Positions 50,201 to 63,852 of a DNA stretch of 64,000 nt are shown piece by piece; positions within the stretch are counted from its first letter, which is position 1; every line of letters starts with the position of its first letter. Under the pieces are notes generated by a model. That model ran no database searches, was not told the origin of the DNA, and was given only the letters and a program-made list of their open reading frames with translations. The translations under genes and the position numbers were made by a program. Location of the stretch: NCBI RefSeq assembly GCF_009834535.1, contig NC_045699.1, positions 74,772,001-74,836,000 of the forward strand, written 5' to 3'. The DNA is from Camelus ferus. Taxonomy: Eukaryota.

Positions 50201-53200
50201 CATGCTCAAAGAGCTGCAGCAGGAAGGTGGCCACAGTGGCCGTGATGCCGATGAAGAGGTTGATGACAATGAGAAACACGTAGGCTGAGCTGGGCACCTC
50301 GAACCAGAAGGAGGCCGGGTACATGATGGGGGTGATGGACCAGCTGTGGGCAGCGGGCGGGCGGTGGTCACTGGTGGCCCTAGCCTGCCCCAAGCCCATC
50401 CCCCTCGCCCGCTCCCCCTTACCCGTAGAGCAGGAAGAGGGACAGCACAGCAGGGAAGTTGGTGGGCGACGTGTAGGCCGGCAAGTCAAACACGAACAGG
50501 ATGATGACGCAGCAGGTGGCCGGGACCAGGTAGTTGAGCTACCGGAGCAGGGGCGGCAGGTGAGGGGCTGGGGGGTGTGGGGGAGAAGCTTGGGGGCAGG
50601 CAGGGGTGAGGGGCCCGGGGGCAGGACTGGGGGGCCCGGCAGGGGACAGGGGATGGGACGGCCAGGGCTCCAGGGGCACACCATGTCCCACACGTAGTTG
50701 GCCAGCCAGTAGACGACAGGATTGCAGCCGCTGACGAACTGCAGGTGCTTGGCCTTGGTGGACTTCTCGGCCACCAGAAAGACCACGAAGCTGGCCGGCA
50801 CGAAGGACATGGCCACGATGATGAAGATGGCGATGACTACATCTGTGCCCTGCAGCCTGGGGGCAAGGTGGCCCTCAGCCCTGCCCGCACGCAGTCCCGC
50901 AGTGGTGCCCCGCCCCCTCCCACCCCCTGCACGTACAGGTAATCCAGAGAGAGGCTGGCACTCGTCTTGTTCATGGGGTGGTTGGTGACGGTGATGCCTG
51001 CAGCACAGCAGAGAGCAGCCTCAGGGGCCTGCTCTGCGCGCAGCCCAGCCCACCCCGGCCGCCCCAGCTCACCATAGGCCGCAGGGTTGCCCTTGCTCTT
51101 GGGTAGATTGGCACGCAGAATGGCGTTGTTGAGGCTGTTGAGGTAGGTGGGCATGCTGTGGTAACCCTTGTTGTTGTAGAAAACCTGACGGGGGCACAGA
51201 GAGACCCCAAAGCCCGGTGGGTCCCTGCAGACCGTGGGCGAGGGCCGGACGCTGCAGGGCCCGGGACCGAGTGGTGCTCACCTGGGCTGCTCGGCGCACC
51301 GCGATCTTCCGCACCATGGCTGGGGCCCGGGCGCCAAACGAGGCTGGGATGGACTTCTGGACATTGCCAAAGGTGATGGCCCCATACCTGGGCAGCAAGT
51401 CAAGGAGTGGTGAGGTCAGGCGGGTGCAGGCTGTCTGCTCCTTGTCCATGGCCAGTGCGCCCCTCCCACCTGGCTCACCGGTGCAGCCGGAAGCGGTCAG
51501 AAGTAAAGAGTAGGTACTCAGAGACGTTGTGGCCGGTGATGTCTGTGAGGATGTCGCCCGTGACCACTCGCATCTGGGGTGGGCGTCCGCCCACACCACC
51601 AGGGCAGGAGAAGCCAGTGCCCTGCCCAGAGCAGGTGCAGCGGACAGGCTCCCGCACCAGGTGTGGCAGGGAGGGTGCGGACGTCCAGTTCTCTGCGGGC
51701 ACAGCAGGCAGTCAGCCCAGCCCACACTGCCCCAGGCCCCGTGCAACCCCACGATCCAGTACCTGGCCCGGAGGTGGGTGGCAGGGAGGCGTTCCAAGCC
51801 TGCAGCAGGTCCTCGTCCAAGGACACAGGGGAGTCAGAAGGTGCGGGCGAGGGTGGGGGTGGCACGAAGTTGGACAGCGGCAGCCCCTGCGTGAAGGACT
51901 CCAGGCACATGCTGTCGAAGAACCGTGCGGCCAGCAGGCGCGACTCGCCACTGCTCAGGTTCAGTGTGGGCCCCAGGGAGCCGTTGGCTGGAGACTTCAG
52001 CACACAGGTGGCGCCCACACCCGACGGCAGCCGGAACGTGCTCACCAGCTGCTGTGGGCTGGCATCAGGGGACAGCCGCAACCTGGGAAACCCCAGAATG
52101 AGTCTAGGTTGGGGGACGGTGCCCACCACTCCCAGCTCTCACACTGGCCCCCATCCCCAATGGCTGTCTGTCTGGCGGCCTCACCGGTCCTCCTGGCGCT
52201 CCTCGTTGGCATAGGGGATGAAGTTGCCGCGGGGCTGGGTGTAGTTGTGGTACTGGGAGGGCGACAGCACCAGTGGGGGCAGGTCACCTGGCAGGGTGCA
52301 CGGGCAAGCCTGAGCAGGTTGTGCCTGCCAGCAACCCCCAGGCCTGGGTTCCCTCTCTCCCGTACCCAGAGGGCCCAAGCCTGGGGTCTGGACCCAAGGA
52401 AGGCATGAAGCCCGGGGTGTGCCTGCCAGGCTCAGGTGCAGTGCCCAGGCCCGGAGCAAGTGTGGGCCCCCCAGGTGGCTCAGGAGCAGGACGGAGCCAC
52501 GCCCCGAAGCCAGGCCAGGCAGCCGTACCGATCTCTGGGACAGAGAGAGCCACAGTCATAGCCACGCAGACAAAGAAGGCGGGGAGCAGGATCTGAGAGG
52601 ACAGCGCCTTGGAGTTGCGTCGGGCGCAGTGGAAGCGCTTCACCAAGAGCCCGTGGAACTGGCGCACCTTCAGCCACCAGCCCTCCAGCTTGCGGCTGCC
52701 CTGGCCGACCCGTGTGAGGGCCTCCGCTTCGGCCTCTGCACAGGGAGGTAGGGGCTGAGCAGGTGACCCCACACCACCCTCCAGGACACTCCCGGCCCCA
52801 CCCAGCTGCCCCCCACCTTGCAAGCTGACATTGTCAGGGTCCTGCAAGTTGTCGAAGAGGGGACGGTAGTCGCCGTACACATCGGTGTAGCCGGCTCCCT
52901 CGTCACCGCGGGCAGAGCCCACCGAGGACGCGGACTGCAGCGATGCCTGTGACTGGGCCAGCTCTGCGCTCTGGGCCAGGTTGCTGGCGTGAGCCTCCCC
53001 GGACATCGAGTCCTCAGCCCCAGGCAGCACATCTTTCCTGGACTCTTTCACATCTGCAATGGCAGAGGGGCCAGGGAAGGCAGGAGAGGGGCTCAGGGCT
53101 GCCGGCCCCCAGCAGGCCTGCCTGGGACCCCAGCCCCCACACTCGCCCACCCACCCAGGACCCTAGCCCCAGACTGACCCTGGGAGGTCCTGGCTCCTTG

Positions 53201-56200
53201 TTGCCACCTAAGACCCTTGGTGCCCAGAGATAGGGGAAGAGTGAGCAGCCCCAGACCCAAGTTCAGGCCTGGGGGAGTGGGGAAGGTTGAGAAGGGCAGG
53301 GCTGATCCGCAGCTCCGGGACCTCACCTGCCTCACTGTTCTCCAGAGACTGGTCCTCCTCTGACACCTTAAGGAACACCTCCTCCAGTGTCGAGTCCATC
53401 AGCCCAAAACTGCTCAGGTGCAGTTCATCCAGACTGCGCTCTAGGTGCTAGAGAGAGCTGGGTGAGGCCCACCCCAGCGTGGGCCGCAGGGCGGGTGGTG
53501 CCTGCCTCCTCTGCAGCCCCGCCCCACCCCACGGGCCCGCCTCCCTGGCCCCGCCCCTGAGCACTGCCCAGCCCCGCCTTCCTCCAACCCCACCTCTTCT
53601 GCTGAACACACCTCCTCTGCAGCCCTGCCTCTGCCATGAGCCCGGCCCCCGAAGCCTACCCCAGCCCTGTCTCCTCCACCAGCCCCACCTCCCCTCAAAC
53701 CCCACATCCCTCCACGGACCCCGCCCCCTAACCAACCCCGCCTCCCCTGCCGCCTCCACCTCCTGCACTGGCCCTCCCCGGAGCCCCACCCCCTCCTCTG
53801 GTCCCACCTCCTCCACCAGCTCAGCCCCACCCTCACACCTGAAAGAGGCGCTCAAAGGCCCCCTTCTTGGCCGCCTCGCTGGGCAGGATGTAGGAGAGCT
53901 CAGTGCTCGTGTCCGAGACCAGCAGGCAGGAGGCCACGTGTTTGCGGATGAATTGGGAAACCTGAGGCTCGGAGCAGCTGCTCAGCTGGGCCTGACCTGG
54001 GGGGCTGGCTGTCAGACCCGGCTCTAGGAGGGAAGAGGAGCAGGGAGGGCTTCACTCAGGGGCGGGGGGAGAGGGGGAGCCAGGCCCAGCCAGCATCCTG
54101 GGCCTCACGGGGCCACGGTGAGAGCTCAGGCCCTCAACCTCATGGGTGTGAGGAAGGGATCTGGGGGCAGGCCGCCTCAGCACAGACCTTGGGGGTCCCC
54201 GGGTTCGGCAGGCTGCTTGACCAGCGTGAGGCGGTAGCCGTCCCCGTAGGCACCCTTGAGAAAGAGTGGGGAGCCGCAGCACTTGAGCTTCCCGTGGGAG
54301 ATGATGGCGATGCGGTCCCCAAGCAAGTCGGCCTCGTCCATGTGGTGGGTGGACAGGAGGATGGTGCGCCCTGCGGCAGGCCGAGGCGGGGGTCAGGGGG
54401 CAGCTGGGCGGGGCCGGGCAGGGGCCGCACACACCCACCTAGCGACCTGCTCACCTGGCTTATACTTCAGGATGAGGTCCCAGATGGCGCGGCGCGCATA
54501 GGGATCCACGCCGGCTGTAGGCTCATCCAGGATGATGGCACGGGAGCCGCCCACGAAGGCGATGGCCACAGACAGCTTGCGCTTCATGCCACCGGACAGT
54601 GTCTGCACCAGCGAGTGCCTCTTGTTGGAGAGCTCCAGGTCTTCGATCATCCTGAGGGGGGTACAGCAGGGCCTAGGACCGGGCCTGTGGGGAGCCGGGG
54701 CCTCGGCTGCAGCCTCTGGTCCCGCCCGAGCCCCACCCACTTGTCCATCTCCTTGCGGATCTCCTCCTGGGCCATGCTCTTGAGCCTGGAGTAGAACCAG
54801 AGGTGCTCCTCCACCGTGAGGCGGTCGAAGAGCACGTTGTGCTGAGGGCACATGCCCAGGTTCTTCCGGATCTCGTCCATCTCCGTGCGGATGTCATGCC
54901 CGTAGATGGTGGCCGAGCCCGACGTCGGCGGGAACAGGCCAGTGAGGATGGACCTGGGCGGGTCGGCAGGGTCAGGGCCCCCACCTCCTGCAGGGAGCCC
55001 TCCCGACCGCCCGTGCAGTCAGGAACTCGGGGTGGGTCCCCGCACCCCGACACTCACATGGTGGTGGTCTTGCCGGCCCCGTTGTGGCCCAGGAAGGACA
55101 CCACCTGGTTCTCGTAGAGGTTCAGGCTCAGCTTGTTCAAGGCCAGCTTCTTGTCATTCTTGTAGACCTTGGTGAGCTTGTCCACGCAGACCACCAGCGG
55201 CAGGTGGGTGGGCTCCTCTTCCATGCCCCGAGTCTCCTCTGCACCAGGGCCGAGGGTCAGCGCCGGGGCCACCCCAGGCCCCTGAGACGCAGCAACTGCC
55301 CCAGCCACCACCCTGGCGCCTGCCTCACCCAAGCGCCGGCTCTCCATGGCGCAGGCCTGGTCCTCTTCCATGACGCTGAGGCGGGGGGCGCGAGCCCACG
55401 GCCAGCTCCACTCCCATGCCTCCGCCCGCCCGCTGCCCAGCCAGTAGGACTTTTGCAGCGGGAAGTACCAGGGCCGCGGCAGCCCGTACATGCCTGCGGG
55501 GTCGAAGGGGAGGCTGACCCAGCGCCCGGGGTCGCTGTCTACCTGAGGCCACGCGCCCCTCCCCCTAGAGACAGCCTCCTCCCCCTCTCCCTCCAAGGAC
55601 TCGGTACCTGGGTGCACCGCCTCAATGTACCATGTGAGCACACCATAGACAGCTGCGTCAACCATCAGCATGGTGACAGCCAGGAGCAGGTTGAAGTCGT
55701 CCCCTTCCACAGGTGACTGGCTGAACGTGTGCCACTGAATGCCCACGCCTGCCACCTCGTACAGGGCGAAGTACTTGGAGCCCAGGCCAAAGGCCGTCGT
55801 GGACATCAGGGACTGAGGAGACAGCAGTGTCAGGGGGGAGAGGAGGCTGGACTCCACCTCAACCCCCACCACCATGACCCTCACCGCGATGCACTTCTCG
55901 AAGGCGGTGATCTTATCGTGGGCCACCTCCTCGCGGATTGCCACGTACATGTAGGGCACATAGCTCAGGAAGTAGATGATGCCGCCGCAGGCCGAGGCCA
56001 GCTTGGCCTTGGAGTACAGCACGGACACCAGGAAGCTGGGGGCAGGCAGGGCCACGGGCCATCAGCCACACCTGAATCTCGGCCCCATGCGTGAAGCCCA
56101 TACTCCAGCCTGCTGCCAGCCATACAGCACTCACCAGAACATGATGGTGGCCACAGCGTAGACGGCCAGGAAGAGCCAGATGATGAGCACATGGCTGTGC

Positions 56201-59200
56201 ATGAGGACCTGGCCATACTTGAGGATGGCAGTGAGCGCCGTCACCGAGATGGAGAGCTGCACAAAGCCCGTGATGAACCAGGCCACCCAGTGCACCGCGT
56301 TGTTCAGGCCCATGGTCTTCATCACCTGTGGGCAGTGGGCAGGCAGCGGGCATGGGGCCTTGAGACAGCGTCCCCAGGAAGGAACGCCCTGCCCAGCCCC
56401 ACCAGCCCAGGGCCAGGGAGGGAAGTTGCCCCCCACCTCCATTCCTCCCCCACCTCTAACATTTGTAACTCTATCCCCCCTTTCCCCCACCTCCATCCTT
56501 CCCCCTCCTCTACTCCTCCATCTCTCGCTCCTTCCTCCATCCCTTCCCCCTTCCATCTCCCCATCTCTCTCCTTTCCCCCTCCTCCATCTCCCCCCTCCA
56601 CCCCCCCTCCTCTGCTCCAACCCCCCACCTCCTTCAGCCGGTGCTCCTTCTCTGCCACAATGTGCTGGATGGTCATGGCTACAGAGTAGACCCAGGAAAT
56701 CACCATGCAGAGCGGCATCATGTGCTCGATGACGAACAGAAAGCTGGGGAGAGGGAGGGGAGGGGCGTGAGGGTGGGGCTCGCTGCCTGCCTATGGCGCC
56801 CTGCCCTCGGCCGCCCCCACTCACTCGTCCCGCGTGTAGCAGGGATACGGGAACATCTGCACATAGTTGCCCGGCTCCACCACGTGGTGCCCCACGAAGG
56901 TGTCGATGATGGCGCGCTCCATCATATCTGCGATGGGGGGCAGCGGTCAGCGGCGGCCACGCCCCGCCCCCCGCGGCCCCAGGGCCGGCCCTCACCCTGG
57001 ATCCAGACGAAGCCGTACAGGAAGTAGAAGCGGCCGCCGGTGTTGGGCCCCGGCCGCCAGTAGGCCCGGCGGATCTCGTTGGTTTTCTCGGTGAAGCTGG
57101 AATTCTGGCGGATCTTGTAGTGCACGTGGGGCGGCAGGGAGCCGTCCTTGCGGGTCTGGAAGATCACGCCTGGCACAGGAGGGGCGGGGCCGGGGAAGGG
57201 GCGGGGTGAGGGGGCGGGATCGAGGAGTGGCCGGTAAAGGGGTGCGGGTCATGCAGGGACTGGGGGAGGGGAGAGGCGAAGGAGCAGGGCTCGGGGAGCT
57301 GCCCAGGGGCCCCGGCTCACTGGCAAACACGGTGACGTTGTCCTGGTAGGCCTGGTTCAGGGTGTAGTTGACAATGCTCTCCTCGTCAGGAAAACCCTTG
57401 AAGATGTCCACGCTCACCTGGGGGAGGGGGGGGTCATTAGAGCTGACCCTGGGAACCTGAGAAGCCCCTCCGGGCTCGCCCACCCACCTTGGACATGAAC
57501 TGGATCCAGCCGCAGGCCGCATTGTCGATGGTGTCCAGCTGCTGCAGGAGGACCGAGCCGTTGGGCAGCGAGAAGTTGTCCTGGCGCAGGGCAGGCGGCA
57601 GCTCCTCTGGTGACAGGCTCAGAGCTTCGGGGTGCAGCCGCAGCTCTGTCACATACTGGGGATGGGAGGCCAGCTCAGCGGGTGGCCTGGGCCAGCCACC
57701 CCCAGGACAGAGAGGGCTCCCTGCCACCCCCGCCAGCCCAGCCCCCTCGGCACCTGCTGCAGCCAGCGCAGGTGCTGCTGCAGCCTGCCCTGCTCCAGGT
57801 AGCTGCGGATCTCCGCCGAGATGTTGAGCCAGAGCTGGGCGTAGTGAGTCACATTGCCAACAAGGGCAAAGGTCTCATTGGCCTGCAGAGGGTGAGGACA
57901 GAGCAAGGGGCTCATGGAAAGACCCCAGCCATCGAGGGGGTTCTCACTCCTTGCCTGCCCCCATGGCCGGATCCAGCCACCAGCCAGGCCCCAACAACAA
58001 CCAGTCTTGCTCTGGCCAGGCTGCCACGGGGAAGCTCCAAGCCCTCCCCCTCCAGGCCTCTCTTCAGCGCCTCCCCCAGAATTCCCTGTGCCCTGGCTCT
58101 CCGGGCAGCATGGCCTCCGGTTCCCCCCACCTCACCAGCTGTGCCTTCCCTGCTCCTTCGTGGGATGCCTCCAAGCGTCCCTTCAGCAACCCCTGTCCCT
58201 CATCTTCCCTGTGCTCATTCTAGGGTCCCCTCCACGGCCCCTCCCCTTCCTGGGCCGCTTCCAGCCCTAGTTTCCGCTTGTTCCAGATAGGACCTCTACC
58301 CTGGGGTGGCCACAGACATCTCGCCCTCAGCAGGCCCCAAACCACTTGGCTACCCCGCCCAAATGTCGCCCACTGGTTGCTGCTCTAGATGGTTTCCGCG
58401 TGTGGCCCCTCCTCCATCCTCACCAGCGCTGCCCAACCCTGACCATGCCCAGCCAGATCAGGACCCTGCCCCACACCAGCCGTCCAGTGCATCCCCAGGG
58501 CAGCCCCCAAGTGCCCCTGTACCTTGAACCCCCCCCCACAGGTCCCCCCCACTCAGAGCCAAGTTGGAGCTGGAGGGCCAGGGCTGCACTCCTCCCATGC
58601 CAATTCTACCGACGCCCCCACCACCTCTGCTCGGGGGTCCCTGGCCTGCAGAACCCTCTGCCCAGCTCCTCCAGCTCCTGCCCCAGGGGACAAGTGCAGC
58701 CTGAGCACTCAAGGCAGCAGTAGACTGGTGCACCTTGAGGATGACACGATCTGCTTCGGAGCCAGCTGGCGCGTATAGGATCTTCGGGTTGCTGGTCATC
58801 AGGTGCACAAGGAGGCCCAGGTTGCGCTGCTCCTTGCTCGTGAAGCCCAGGGAGCTCATGTTGCCCCTCCGCAGCGCCTCAGGCTCGATGGTGCTGGGGT
58901 GGGCAGATGAGACCTCAGGGTGGGGGCGGGGCGTCGGCAGGGGGCGGGGCTTCCGAGTGCGCGCGGGTGATTGACGCGGAGCAGGCCGTGCAGCAGCACC
59001 AGGGAGGGGGCATCCGCGCCAAGCCTCGGGGTCAGGCCTGGCCCCTACCTGTCTTCCTCACCCACCCCCCTGCCAACCACCTACCGGTTGTTGCCACACA
59101 GGATGGGCTGCAGGCCCGCCCAGAGCTGCACGAAGGCAGAGCACTGGCCCTGCAGAGTGTCCCCGGAGGCCGGGGCTGCAGCGGACGGGGTACCCTCCTC

Positions 59201-62200
59201 CGCGGTGGTGTTGGGGCCCACGCCCGCCCCAGCCCCAGTGCCATTGGCCGCCCCACCAGGGCTGCCGCCTGGGGGCACCGGAGTCCGGCCGGTGCAGGCG
59301 CCCTGAGGCAGCAGCAGGGCCAGGGCCGAGAGGACGTCCACGTCCTGCAGAACTTTCTGGGCATCCAGCAGGTCCTCCAGCAGCGCCTGCAGCCGCCGTG
59401 GGGGTGGTGGCTGCTGCTGGGAGGCGGAGCCGTTGGGGGCATCCAGGTCCAGCTGAGGAGAAATGGGGCCAGTGGGGAAACGCAGGCTCAGGGAAGGGAC
59501 CAGGATCTGGGGCTGATCTGCAGCTGGGTGCTGAGGTCGGGGGCAGAACATGGAGGACACCAGCAGGGGACACAGGCTGAGAGGAAGGGAACAGCCTGCG
59601 GGTGAGGGGAGCCCCAGCTGGGGGCTGGGTGACACAGACTGGGACCAAGGCATGGAGCAGGGCAGGGGCACAAGGCACCCCCATGCAGAGCCTGGGCCCA
59701 GGAGTCCCCTGTGATGCCAAGGAGCCCCAGCACCTCCTCCAGCCCAGGCAGCTGATCCGAGGGCCAGCTGGCAGGCAGGGCCTAACCTGCTGGGCGATCT
59801 TGGGCACATCCAGCTGGTTCCGGAGCTCTGCAGCCAGCTCAGAAAAGCGCCGGGCACGCGCTGCAGCCTGCCCACTGCAGACAGTGTCCCGGTAGCCCTG
59901 CAGCGCTGTCTGCTGACCCTGGGGCACAGTGAGGATCCGGCCTAGCTCCCTGGAGCCAGGCGAGCACGTGAGCTGCTCCAGGAGGGTGGGGGCCAACAGC
60001 AGCTCCTGGGGGCAGGGGCAGGGGACAGCTGAGAAGGAGCCCCGATGGAGAGAAAACCAGGGGCCTGGCCTGAGGTGACCTCAGGCCTTCCCTTCCCCAC
60101 CCACTGTGCCAGGCCTGAAACCACCCAGGTTGTGCATTGTGGGGTAGGGTGTAAGAATGGACACACATCACCATCCTGCCTGCTCCCTCCCCATGCCAGC
60201 CACAGACTCCCAGGGACCCTCCCTCACCTCCAAGGGGATCCCTTTCTTCACCCACCCAGGAGCACGCAGCACGTCTCCCACCCCACTGCAAGTCCCCCTC
60301 ACCTCCATCTGGAATAGCGGGTTGCTACCCTTGTGGCTCCAGGGCTTCTGATTCCTGGGGAGGCCTGACCCCACATCCAGGGCAGGTGAAGGGCCAAAAA
60401 CCAGACGATAGACCTGGAGTGTGAGGGGGCCATGGTCAGGCCGATGGCTCTAGAGCCCCACATGCCCCCACCCCCACTCCTGCAACCGGGGGAGGGCAGA
60501 GCAGCGTGGCCAGGGCTGGCAGCCACAGCAAGAGCAGACACAGGCTCGTGGCTGATGCCCGCCCCGTCTCACCTCGGGCAGGTCCACCTGGGCAACCAGG
60601 AAAGCCTGGGCTGTGCTGTTAGGCAGCGACAGGTTCTGCGTCAGGAAGCGCCAGAGCTCCCTCGGGTCCCTGGCCACCGAGTCCAGAGAGAAGGAGGACA
60701 CTGGACAGGCAGAAAGACAGGGCTGAAGGCCAGCCCTGCCCGGGGCCGAAGCACCCCAGACAGACTCAGAGCTGTGCCCAGGACACCACAGCTCAGCCCC
60801 TGGGGCCACTGGTTGGGCCACACCCGGAGCACTTGTGCCCTGGGAACTCAGGGCAATGGGTCAGAGGGCGGGGCCTGAGGCACAGACACAGGCCCGTGGC
60901 AGGAAGTGACCGAGGCAGGGCACGAACCCAGCTGACGGCAGAGCTCGGGCACAGCCCCCCAGCGCTGGCTCCGCCCCACCTGCCTGAGGCGCACCTGAAG
61001 GTCTGCTCAAGCGGCTCTCCCAGGCGTCCGGGCCCGAGCTGAGGGCCTCCAGGTGCCGGCGCAGCGCCTCGAGCTCCGAGCCCAGGCTGGGCCTCGCCGG
61101 GTCAAATAGGTTGCCTTCCTCTACCACGCGGCTGAGGCGCTCCAGCAGCTGTGTGACCCTGCACCACCACCGGATGTCACCCGCAGGTCACCAGGCCTGG
61201 GCTGGGGGGAGGGGCAGCAGGGGTCCCCAGGGGACACTCACGTGGAGTTGGCGTACTGAAGGAAGCCAAACTCATCCCGCTGGCCATCTGGGCACAGTGA
61301 CTGCATCACGGGCAGGATGCCGGCGGAGGTGAGGGGGGCTGCCGTGTAGAAGGCTGAAGGGCGGTGGGGGACAGGGCAGGTGAGAGGGCCCAGGGCAGGG
61401 GGAGAAAGGAATCAAGAAAGGGAAGGGAGACAGAGGCCAAGAAGAGAGATTTAGAGAAAGTCAGGAAGGGAAAGCAGCTTCAGGCAGCAGACAGGAAACA
61501 GAGGGCTGAGAGTTCTAGTGCAAATGACCTCAGCAGGTCAGAGGTCAAAGGGCATCTCGCCATCCCTACCCCACAACTCCTAGAGCATCCCCCTTCCCTC
61601 AGCCAGCCAAGGCCAAAATGCCCTGACACTTCCCCAAAGAATCTGGCTGTGGCACTGCCCACAGAGCCCAGGGGAGCACTGGGGCCCCTACCAGGCAGCG
61701 ACCTCTGACCTCTCTGGCCAGCTGGTTAGTGGATGGAATGCAGGAGCCCACAAGGATCTGAGGGGAGAGCAGCAGGGCCCCCCTTGCCAGGCAACCCTAC
61801 AGAGAGGGAGACACCTGGGATCTGGACCTGGGGGCCCCTGTGGTCTGGGTGGCTCCATCCTTCACCAGCCACCACCCCATCCCCCACCAAGAGCCAGCTG
61901 CTCCTGAGAGCGGGCAGGGGCCTCTGCGAGACCGGCTGGCCAGGAAAGGCTGTTAATGCAAGCGATGGGGTGGGAGGGGGGCTCAAGCCGCAACAGGGGG
62001 CGCCGCAGGGCCGTCCTGTGGCTGCCGCCTGGGCCAGCAAGGAGGAGGCGGCCGCTCACTTACAGACTGCATGCAGGCCGAGGAGGAGGAGGAGGAGGAG
62101 GAGGAGGAGGAGGACAAGAGACCGTGCGGGGGAGGGGCAAAACAGAACAGAGGAGAGCAGTGAGAAACTGGTGCCTCGGTCACTCTCGGCCACCACGGCG

Positions 62201-62518
62201 GACCACATCCTCCAGTCCAGCCAGGAGGCACGGCCAGGGACCATGAGGGGGAACAGGCACGCGGACTCAACGGGGAGGAGCCGTGGGAGCTGGTTCCCAC
62301 CGATGCGGCCATGTGCACACAGGACATGCGCGCGTGGGTGATGCAGTGAGGGCTGCCTGCCCTGCCCCGCCCACCCCGCTGGAACCTGGTCCCTGGTCCC
62401 CCTCCCCCACCAAAGGACCCTCACCTTCCTTTACAGAGATGGTTGGTTTCTTCTGCCGAAGCCCCAGCAGGATGAAGAAGAGGACCAGAGGGATGAAAAT
62501 CTCGAAAGCCAAGACCCA
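47265..62518 (-). CDS. ABCA2: ATP-binding cassette transporter A2 (5'-partial; start exon beyond 64000)
   Basis: Exons 5'->3': 62425-62518, [62064-62066], 61242-61353, 60995-61158, 60573-60700, 60303-60413, 59787-60005, 59085-59452, 58734-58893, 57754-57882, 57488-57655, 57321-57417, 56996-57169, 56825-56927, 56629-56743, 56135-56325, 55885-56035, 55608-55812, 55329-55493, 55058-55238, 54741-54953, 54455-54651, 54188-54370, 53839-54023, 53327-53447, 52817-53053, 52529-52735, 52185-52287, 51763-52082, 51479-51692, 51282-51387, 51073-51184, 50937-50997, 50682-50856, 50423-50538, 50196-50343, [gap], 49721-49853, 49463-49580, 49208-49386, 48989-49130, 48784-48918, 48558-48661, 48382-48474, 48180-48282, 47966-48103, 47687-47893, 47265-47300. 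Two Walker A ([16 protein letters not shown]), LSGGMK/YSGGNK signatures, ends SFNTDTLC*. Confidence 0.97.
48730..48809 (-). repeat. 48-bp-period duplication of an ABCA2 exon end plus donor
   Basis: 48730-48761 vs 48778-48809 are 28/32 identical, both with GTGAG donors. Confidence 0.92.
49979..50126. other. Assembly gap (148 N) hiding one ABCA2 coding exon
   Basis: Upstream exon ends in phase 0 (EHDK) and the downstream exon starts in phase 1 (G|QFDK), so a 3n+1 exon is required. Confidence 0.9.
62064..62066 (-). CDS. ABCA2: 3-nt ABCA2 microexon (TCT)
   Basis: Minus strand: long pyrimidine tract..ctgcatgcAG|TCT|GTAAGT. Inclusion converts VKE-A-FYT to VKE-VS-FYT in frame. Confidence 0.85.
62080..62113 (-). 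repeat. (CTC)11 repeat within the microexon polypyrimidine tract
   Basis: (GAG)11 on the + strand. Confidence 0.93.
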
Positions 62519-63852
62519 CTGGAAAGGGAAGGCTGAGTGAGGCCGCCTGCCCAGGGCTGGACAGGACAAACTCAAACACTCCTCTCCCTACCAGACAGAC
62601 ACCCTCCCTGCAGGGCCGGCCCAGCCCAGCCCCTACGTGCTCCCTCAGGGAGGAGAAGGTCAACCCAGGCCCTCCAGGGCCACAGACATCACAGCCCCTT
62701 CCTTCCTGGACCCCGTGAAAGAGTGAGAGGGTCAGTGTTGTCTGACTTAAGCGAACCAGGTCTCCCACCTCCCAGCCCAGGTTCTGCCGGCCACACTGAA
62801 GGCCAACAGGGACAAATCAGCCAGCTTGTGGTCCACTCTGACCGTGCATCTGCCCAGCTCGCCTTCTCCTCTCCCACCTGCAGGGCTGCCTGGGCAAGAT
62901 CTTGGAGGCAGTCTCTGACGGGCCTGCAGCTCTCACACCACCCGCCCTGCAGGGTCAGCCCTCCTCCCTACCTCTACAGCAACATTACACCCCATGCAAG
63001 GGCTCACAGAGATGAGGTCTGGTGGTGGAGGAGGCGTGGCTTTAGCCCAGGGCCCTGAGCCTCTGGGAAGACCTGGGCAGCAGTCTGACAACCCCAAGTC
63101 CCGAGGTACAGGCACCTCCTTCCGCCCTGGCCCCTCTTCCCCACCCCTGGTGGCTCTGGTGGGCACAGGGGCCGTTGCCTGCCCGGGGTCTCTGCTCAGG
63201 GTTTTCAGGACGGCTCCTGCCACTCCAGCCTGGGCACCAGCCTTCACCCTGGTGGGCCCTGCTCTGAGCAGGGCAGAAATGCCAGGGGCCCAGGGGTCCA
63301 GCCTTCCCTCTGTCTCCCTGGAAAACGGAAGGACTTCACCATTCTTGCCCCCACCTCTCCTACCTCAGGGAGGGAGCAGAGGAAGGAGGAGGAGCTCAGG
63401 CCAGCTGCTCTTTCGGGGAGCCCCCTGCCCAACCCAAGGGCACACCCTGACCCCTGCCCCCACCTGGCTCTTCTCGGAGGCACTAGGGTTCCTTCATCCT
63501 CACCCCCACCCCAAAACAGACTTCAGAGCCCCCACCCAGAGGCGCTCCCTCTGGCCCCGGGTCCCTTGGGGTGGGGCAGCTGCTGTGTTTACTGTGCTTT
63601 GACAATAGTGCTCTGTGGTCTGGAACACCCCGTTGTGTGTCTGCGCCCCACACCCGGCCCAGCCTGTGCCAGCCTCCACCCCCGCCCTGAGCCAGGATCC
63701 AGCCCAGGGCTAGCCAAGAAGGCCTCATGGGCACCCACAGGCCTGGGACAGGCACACGCCACACGCACGCACACACTGAGCGAGGGGGGCTGTGTGCGAG
63801 CAGTGATGCGGGAGGCCGGGGTCACGGCCGCCGTGGTGCCGGCCTCACCCAC

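Noticed and set aside
49836-50816. Long ORF suggesting intron retention or frameshift in ABCA2
   Set aside because: Artefact of GC-rich introns and translation through Ns; normal splice sites are present.
56400-56625. Pyrimidine-rich quasi-repeat in an ABCA2 intron as a functional H-DNA element
   Set aside because: Imperfect low-complexity sequence with no clear mirror symmetry; nothing to distinguish it from ordinary intron expansion.
62070-62072. ATG-CAG-TCT as a tiny alternative first exon of ABCA2
   Set aside because: Its donor is phase 0 but the next exon is phase 1; the 3-nt cassette reading fits the frame and the upstream pyrimidine tract.
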